The notes under the pieces are model-generated. The model searched no databases. It saw nothing but the letters and a program-made list of their open reading frames with translations, and was not told the DNA's origin. From contig JAVECO010000099.1 of NCBI GenBank assembly GCA_051942205.1, positions 1 to 64,000 of the forward strand: a DNA stretch of 64,000 bases, given 5' to 3'. This DNA is from Coniocarpon cinnabarinum (Eukaryota). Of the stretch, positions 58,004 through 64,000 are shown piece by piece. How positions within the stretch are numbered: position 1 is the first letter of the stretch; each line of letters opens with the position of its first letter. A program made the translations under genes and the position numbers.

Positions 58004-59508
58004 ATGGCGCCAAAGCCAGCGGCCAAGGGCTCAGCCCCGAAGTCGCAGGGCTCACCGACGTACGTCTGAACTGTCAAGGGCCACCACAGAATGCAGAAGA
58101 GATCATGGTTTAAACACTCGCTGGATTGGCTCGACTGATGCTTTGTCTCATGTCTCCGCCAGCTGAATCTCTGGGTACACATCTAAAAAACGTGTCTGCT
58201 GCGGCGACATGTCTCGAGGACGCACCCAGGCATTGATGTCGAGGCGCAAGTCTCTTCATCTAAATTCCAAAACCTACGGATCACAGAGCGGCGCATGAAC
58301 AGCAGTCTTCGTGACAAGCGTCGCTGCAAGGCTTCCGTTTATCTTGAGCTCACGCTCGAGGCTTTGTCGAATGAGGACGCAGATGTGCATCTTTAATTAG
58401 ATACGCGCAGCGTCCTCATCGATCCCAAAAACTCAAATCGAGTTGACTCCAGCCGAGAATGCCAGACTCTTCTGCACTTCTCGCTCGGTCCTTTCCCTAC
58501 CATAATCGTGATCTTTTCTGATGTTTATTACAGTGCCTCGACGTCGACTCCCTCGCAAAACGACATCATGGTCCCCGAGACTCTCTTGAAGAAACGCAAG
58601 AGTCAGGAAAAGGAACGTGAAGCCAAGCAGGCCGAGCTTCAGAAGCGCAAAGCGGTATGTCTAGCAATATTCCAGCTTTCCGACCCCCATATCCCTCCAT
58701 CAAGATGATGATAATTTCCCAAAACAAGTCGACTAGGCCTTCTAGCCAATGCTGTCGCAACGTTAACCATCTTTCGGATCTGAGTCACAACCCTCCAATT
58801 CTCCTCATTCACCCTCATTGTAACATTGAGGATAATGAAGCTGACTTCTCTTCACAACTCCAGGCCAACAAAGAAAAGCGCAAAGTCATCTTCATGCGCG
58901 CCGAAACCTACGTCCGCGAATACCGCGACGCCGAGCGCGAGAAGATCCGCCTCCGCCGCCTCGCCAAACAAGCCGGGAACTACCACGTCGAGGCGGAGCC
59001 CAAACTCATCTTCGTCGTCCGCATCAAGGGTATCAACAAGATCGACCCCAAGAAGCGCAAGACGCTGCAGCTGTTGCGTCTGCTCCACATCAACTCCGGC
59101 GTCTTCATCCGCCTCACTAAAGCGACTCTCGAAATGCTCAAGATTGTAGAACCCTTCGTCGCGTACGGATACCCGAACCTCAAATCGGTGCGCGAGCTCA
59201 TCTACAAGCGCGGCTATGGAAAGGTCAAGACGAGTCAATTTGCGTTCCCCCAGCGGGTGCCGCTGTCCGACAACCAGATCGTGGAGGAGCACCTTGGCAC
59301 GTTCGGGATCGTCTGCATGGAAGATTTGATCCATGAGATTTACACCGTCGGCCCCAACTTCAAGCAGGCGAGTAATTTCTTGTGGCCGTTCAAGTTGAGC
59401 AGTCCCACGGGTGGATTCAGGAAGCGCAAGTTCAAGCATTATGTGGAGGGTGGTGACCTGGGGAATCGTGAGGATCGGATTAACAATCTCGTCCGGCAGA
59501 TGAACTAG
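58004..59508 (+). CDS. RPL7: 60S ribosomal protein L7 (uL30); exons 58004-58059, 58534-58654, 58864-59508
   Basis: [64 protein letters not shown]. Confidence 0.95.
58700..58788 (+). ncRNA. Intronic box C/D snoRNA (snR39/snR59/snR39B-like) in RPL7 intron 2
   Basis: C box ATGATGA at 58705-58711, D box CTGA at 58780-58783, preceded by GTTAACCATCTTTCGG, complementary (15/16) to the conserved LSU rRNA segment CCGAAAGAUGGUGAAC. Confidence 0.85.
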
Positions 59509-59957
59509 ACGCGGGTTCTGGGGTTACTACTAGTAGTGCGGCATATCGAAGTGTTGCTGCGAACGGGACACAAGCTGTGTCCTAGCTCTCCATCTAGAGC
59601 TATCGTAGATAGTCTCGAATCACTCGCAATTGGACGACACAAGCCTCTTCTAGACCAGCTTGCGTTGAATATCGAAGACGAATCTCAAGGTAATAAGCTC
59701 AAGTCTACCTGCGTTGCACATATTGGCAACAAAACTGCTACCTACCGCCTGCTTCCCTCCGAGCGTCGTGTCCGTCATCCAAGTCACCACCCTACATCAC
59801 CATCCAACATCTCCTGTCATGTCATTCCACACAGAGTCCCACCATCACGCTTCCCATCCACGCTCCCAACACCATCCTCCCAATCCATCCTCCCGCAAAT
59901 CCATCACCCCCCATCCCTAGCCATCTCAAAGCACCATCCACCATCCACTTCAAGTCC

Positions 59958-60755
59958 CTACTTGAAATAAACACAAACCCAAACACCGCCCGTCGTCCCC
60001 TCCCTTCGCTGACCCCACCCCACCTCCCTCAAAGTCCTCAAATCAGTGCCATCCACCGTAATGCCCCTAGCCCATCCATAGCCAACTTCAAACACCTCCG
60101 TCAACATCATCTTTTCCGGATTCTCCCGCAAATTCTCACACACTTGCCGAACTGTGAGATTCGTCCCGGCGACGACGGCTTGGAATTTGAATTGGCCTGA
60201 GCTTGACTGAGGGTTGTGTGGATTCGCGGGGCGAGTTTTCCAGATTTTTTCGTGGGCGTACGGGATGCGGAGGGTTACTTTTTCGGGAGCGAGGAGGGGT
60301 TTGGATTTATGGACTGCTGCTGGCGGGGTTGGGCGGTGTGGTGGACACGGTGGTGTTGGTTTGCAGGGGGCTGGAGTTGGGCAGTGGTGCTTTGGCGTCG
60401 ACTGGCAGCGAGGCGCGGGTTGCGGTCGTGGACAGGCTTGCGGTGCGGGCTGCGGGGGTGGACATGGCGGCGCAGGTAGCGGTTGCGGTCGGGTGCAGTG
60501 CACTGGAGGCGGTGGTGGGGCTGGTTGGGGACGCGGACAGTGCACTGCGTTTGGGAGAGGTCTTGGTGCCGGTTGAGGTTGACGTCGAGGACAGCACCAG
60601 GAGATTGCATGGGCTGGCTGTGTGGGTGGTGCATTGCACGCTGGACCCGGTTGGGGACAGCACTGGTACTCTTGGGCAGGGCAGGTCGTATAGCCATGAC
60701 GGGCGTCGAAGCCGCAGGGATAGTGGCTATAGTTGTAGTATTGATGGATAGTCAT
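59958..60755 (-). CDS. Pro/Cys-rich protein with a small globular C-terminal domain of unknown function
   Basis: ATG at 60755 (MTIHQYY); CPRPQPAPP-type repeats; C-terminal LTEVFEVGYGWARG...TLREVGW...VWV. Confidence 0.65.
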   Translation of the reverse strand: MTIHQYYNYSHYPCGFDARHGYTTCPAQEYQCCPQPGPACNAPPTQPAHAISWCCPRRQPQPAPRPLPNAVHCPRPQPAPPPPPVHCTRPQPLPAPPCPPPQPAPQACPRPQPAPRCQSTPKHHCPTPAPCKPTPPCPPHRPTPPAAVHKSKPLLAPEKVTLRIPYAHEKIWKTRPANPHNPQSSSGQFKFQAVVAGTNLTVRQVCENLRENPEKMMLTEVFEVGYGWARGITVDGTDLRTLREVGWGQRREGTTGGVWVCVYFK

Positions 60756-61462
60756 TTTGACACAATATATCCAAGGGTAATGTTCTACGACAATGCAGAT
60801 AGTGATAGAGCTTTCTGAGAGACGGCCTCCTTGCTGAAGAATGTAAGGAATGAAGGAAATCGACCGGACAGGCGCCAGCAGCCAGACGACGCTATGGGTT
60901 GATACAGACTCTTGGAGAGCAGAAGCAAAGTAAGGAAGGGGACGTGGCGAATATGGAGGCATCGTGCCAGCGACAGCAAGCAGCCCGACGGCCGCAGCAC
61001 CCGCTGATTGCCATGAGCAAGCCAGAGGCATGGTCAGCTGGTATGAAATACCGTTTCTGCCAGTCTGCTGTCGTCGTCATCCGCGAGAGGGATGGATGCG
61101 GCTTAAGCAGTGTTTCAAGTTACGGTGTAGTTGTAGGCTGACCAAGGATGACGGATGCGGCTCAGCGAGCGCGGAGGGTATCAATCTTGGAAGACATTGG
61201 GTCGAACACATCTCAGCAAGCGATGATGCAACACTGTGGGCGGTGTATCTGTGGGATTAGTAGAGTTGATGTGACGGATGTTTGAGACTTACCAGTGATG
61301 GAGATCGACTCTACTGTCGTCTATTCAATGTTTGCTGAAACAGCAATCATCAGATTTTCAAGCCCGGCTTGTCTTCGGTCAGCATGCGAAATATGCATCA
61401 CAAACGACGCTTTGAAATATCGCATGTCTTGTCAGAGAAGGACGGGTTGTCGATATCTTTCT

Positions 61463-64000
61463 TCATCGCGCAGCAACCACTGCAAGGCCTTCATAGATCT
61501 TCTGCTTGACCTCGCCCATGCCCACGCCAAAAGAGCTGAGCGCAGCATACCCACCACCACTCTCGATTTCGATCTTGCCGATGCCACTCTTGCGGACAGC
61601 AATGTAGTCATCCACAAGCAGTGTCCCTTCCCCTTTGAATTCCGCTGTATGGCCACGTTCTTGGAGAAGCTTTCTGAGCTCTGCAAGGCGCAGGTCGCCC
61701 ACGTGCACCGACTGCGCGAAGGACGCTGACTTGGCTGCTGCACCGATGGGCAACTCATTCAATACTGGCATCACAGCTTCTACAGCCTCCTTCAAATCAT
61801 CTTGTGCCTCCTGCTTCACATCATCGCTCTGGCTTTCCAATTTTGGTCTCTTCGCAGCTGACGCGTCACCATCGTCTTCGAGAGACATGTTGCCCACTTG
61901 GCCATCAATGGTCGCGACACCCATTTGTCGGAATGGTTGCCAGTGTAGGGTCTTGACCAGAGCGCGACTCAGTCGAATGGACCATGCGTTCGTGTCCACA
62001 CTTGCGTCCACTGTCTCCCCATCCAGAGGTGCGTAGATCCTGATCGACCCTGTCGTGTTGCCGGAGCCTTCGCTAGCGGAGCTTCCCAGCAGTTGCTCAC
62101 AATCAGCCTTCATCAGATTGGTTTCTTCACTTCCGCCTGCAGTGAGGATCAAACTACGCGGCTTGATCAGCGGCAACAGATTTTGCAGCGAACGCTTATC
62201 ATGTATGCCAGAATAATCCACGGCGACCAGCTTTGTCTTGATATTCATGTGGTCCATCGTAAAGGTCACCTTCTGCGGGCCCAGCATCTGAGGCTCAGCC
62301 GGCTCGTAGTCGGACTCCTCAGATTCGTCCTCGTCCTCTTCCTGCTCTGCTGCAGCTTTTGCGTCCTCACGCTTCGTTGCAGGTCGCTCATTAGTGCTAC
62401 TCTTGCGGCGCTTATTTCCCTTGGCTCCTTGCGCACCCGAACCATTCGCGCCGCCACCGAGCCTTCCGTCAAGACGCCTCTTTTGGCCAATCTGGGTGTT
62501 CTCTTTTTCGGTGAGGTCCGCTGGCCTTTGGGAATCAACATCATCCCTTTCCTCTGCGCGTAGATAGTCTTCCGGCCTGATGAGATCACCAAATTCGTCA
62601 TTGCGCTTGCGTTTGGCAATAAACGGAAACACTCGTTCGCGACCGCGCTTGCCGCGGACGTCAAAGTCGTGGGCATTCTTGCGTCGTAGAAGAACGTTGA
62701 TGCCCAGCTCTTCGTCTGTCACTCCGAATTTGCGTTTCGACGTTTGCATCGTGGTCGCGGTGTTCAGCATTCTGCCTTGATGCTCGTCGTCTGAGTCCTC
62801 TGACGAGGAGCTGGAAGAATTGTCGTCGACCGCGTCTGTCGATGTCTCCAGCGTCGTACTGGCGTTCAATGAGCTCGCATCTTGTCGCTGGCGTTGGCGC
62901 GAGAGGTATTGTTGATACACAGCCGTCTCGTCAAGGCCCAGCGCCGCGACTGATGTGTTCATCACTTCGAAATCGTCGTTCAATTGCACGATGGTGTTTT
63001 CCCTATCGACCTTGGCGGCAAGCATGTTGATGAGACTGAGATCTCGACTTTCACGAGCATCTGCGTCGGAAGAGCTGGGGGTAAAAGGAATCACGACAAG
63101 GCTGTGACTGTCTTCGTGCATGCTGCTCAAGATGTCTCGCGAGAATCCCCAATCCAATGTGTCACTCGAAGCAAGAAACACCTTAGCGCCTGAAGATGTA
63201 AGAACGCGATCAAGCTGCGATTTGCGTTCAATTAGCTTTAGATACTTGAAGTCGAAGGGTTGACTTCCTCGCGAAGCTTGGCCGGGCGCTGCGCGAGGAG
63301 CGGCCTGCGTCTCAAAGTCCTTGACTACGTTCTCATCCATCCACTCAAGCATACTCCTAGCATACTTCATGGTCGCATCGGACTGGTGAGTCGCCATAGA
63401 GAGCTTGGCATTCCTGAGCTCAACGTGATCAACCCATGCTCGCTCCAAGAGGAATGCAAGCTCAAGCGCTCGAGCACTCGAGTCGCATGGAATCAACACC
63501 GTGGCGCCCTGCTGAATCGTCTGCTGAATGTGACGTAGCAAATGCTCGTCTCTGGCTCTCCAACCGCCTGAAGTTGCGACAATTTGCGATCGCTTGCTGC
63601 TGCAGACGAGGGCCGTTGGCTGTCGGAGCTGCTCAATCACCTCCGAGCCCGAGGTTGCGCCTCCACCTAGCCAGGCCGCGCCTGAGGTGATGTTCTCTCT
63701 CGCTTGACTCCAATCCACAGCGTATACCACCGACTCCGATCCATACCGTATATGCCAGATGGTGCCGCCAACAGAGTGGCCAGCAGGATACGCTGTGATT
63801 GTCAAACCTTCTAATGGTGGTGCATTGGACGAAGAGACGGGCTCATGTTCTTGTGAGTATTTCAGAGGGTGGATATGCGAGAAGTAACCAGCAATCTCTT
63901 CCGTCGACGGCCTGGGCAGCAGTATGTGTGTGTCCGACGAATGCTGATCGGTGTCTCCGTTGATCTCCGCAAGAGCATTGGCAGGGAGCGTGGAGGAGGC
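61463..64000 (-). CDS. CFT2: Cleavage and polyadenylation factor subunit 2 (CPSF100); 5' end outside the window
   Basis: HPLKYSQ, ITAYPAGHSVGGTIWHI, VYAVDW, LIPCDSSARALEL, DEFGDLIRPEDY, HVGDLRLAELR, AEFKGEGTL. Confidence 0.95.
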   Translation of the reverse strand, partial: ASSTLPANALAEINGDTDQHSSDTHILLPRPSTEEIAGYFSHIHPLKYSQEHEPVSSSNAPPLEGLTITAYPAGHSVGGTIWHIRYGSESVVYAVDWSQARENITSGAAWLGGGATSGSEVIEQLRQPTALVCSSKRSQIVATSGGWRARDEHLLRHIQQTIQQGATVLIPCDSSARALELAFLLERAWVDHVELRNAKLSMATHQSDATMKYARSMLEWMDENVVKDFETQAAPRAAPGQASRGSQPFDFKYLKLIERKSQLDRVLTSSGAKVFLASSDTLDWGFSRDILSSMHEDSHSLVVIPFTPSSSDADARESRDLSLINMLAAKVDRENTIVQLNDDFEVMNTSVAALGLDETAVYQQYLSRQRQRQDASSLNASTTLETSTDAVDDNSSSSSSEDSDDEHQGRMLNTATTMQTSKRKFGVTDEELGINVLLRRKNAHDFDVRGKRGRERVFPFIAKRKRNDEFGDLIRPEDYLRAEERDDVDSQRPADLTEKENTQIGQKRRLDGRLGGGANGSGAQGAKGNKRRKSSTNERPATKREDAKAAAEQEEDEDESEESDYEPAEPQMLGPQKVTFTMDHMNIKTKLVAVDYSGIHDKRSLQNLLPLIKPRSLILTAGGSEETNLMKADCEQLLGSSASEGSGNTTGSIRIYAPLDGETVDASVDTNAWSIRLSRALVKTLHWQPFRQMGVATIDGQVGNMSLEDDGDASAAKRPKLESQSDDVKQEAQDDLKEAVEAVMPVLNELPIGAAAKSASFAQSVHVGDLRLAELRKLLQERGHTAEFKGEGTLLVDDYIAVRKSGIGKIEIESGGGYAALSSFGVGMGEVKQKIYEGLAVVAAR

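Noticed and set aside
45085..64000. Concentration of translation/RNA genes (ATS1, RPS16, NIP1, YIH1, RPL7, CFT2)
   Set aside because: Ordinary housekeeping neighbourhood; no evidence of a functional cluster without synteny statistics.

Overview
Gene-dense, intron-containing DNA from a filamentous ascomycete (Pezizomycotina-type genes and splice signals; species not identifiable here). The left arm (1-14 kb) has an allantoate-permease-type MFS transporter, a PAQR/IZH membrane protein and two large low-complexity proteins. From about 14.6 to 36 kb lies a secondary-metabolite cluster I cannot match to a known one: a highly reducing PKS (KS-AT-DH-cMT-ER-KR-ACP, no release domain), an MpaH/AKT2-type alpha/beta-hydrolase ending in a PTS1-like tripeptide, a cytochrome P450, a PTH11/SAT4-type membrane protein, an FSH1/LovG-type serine hydrolase and an MCT-type MFS transporter. 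It also holds a MITE-like inverted repeat and a decayed second P450 that the ORF track does not show. No transcription factor is visible in the cluster. The right arm is housekeeping (ISA2, BNA5, ATS1, RPS16, NIP1, YIH1, YAK1, SNF8, RPL7 with an intronic C/D snoRNA, CFT2), interrupted by a ~5.5 kb accessory-looking segment with an 18-bp minisatellite and a divergent Upf1/DNA2-like SF1 helicase. All calls come from reading motifs and splice sites by eye; no searches were run, so exon boundaries and family assignments need confirmation.
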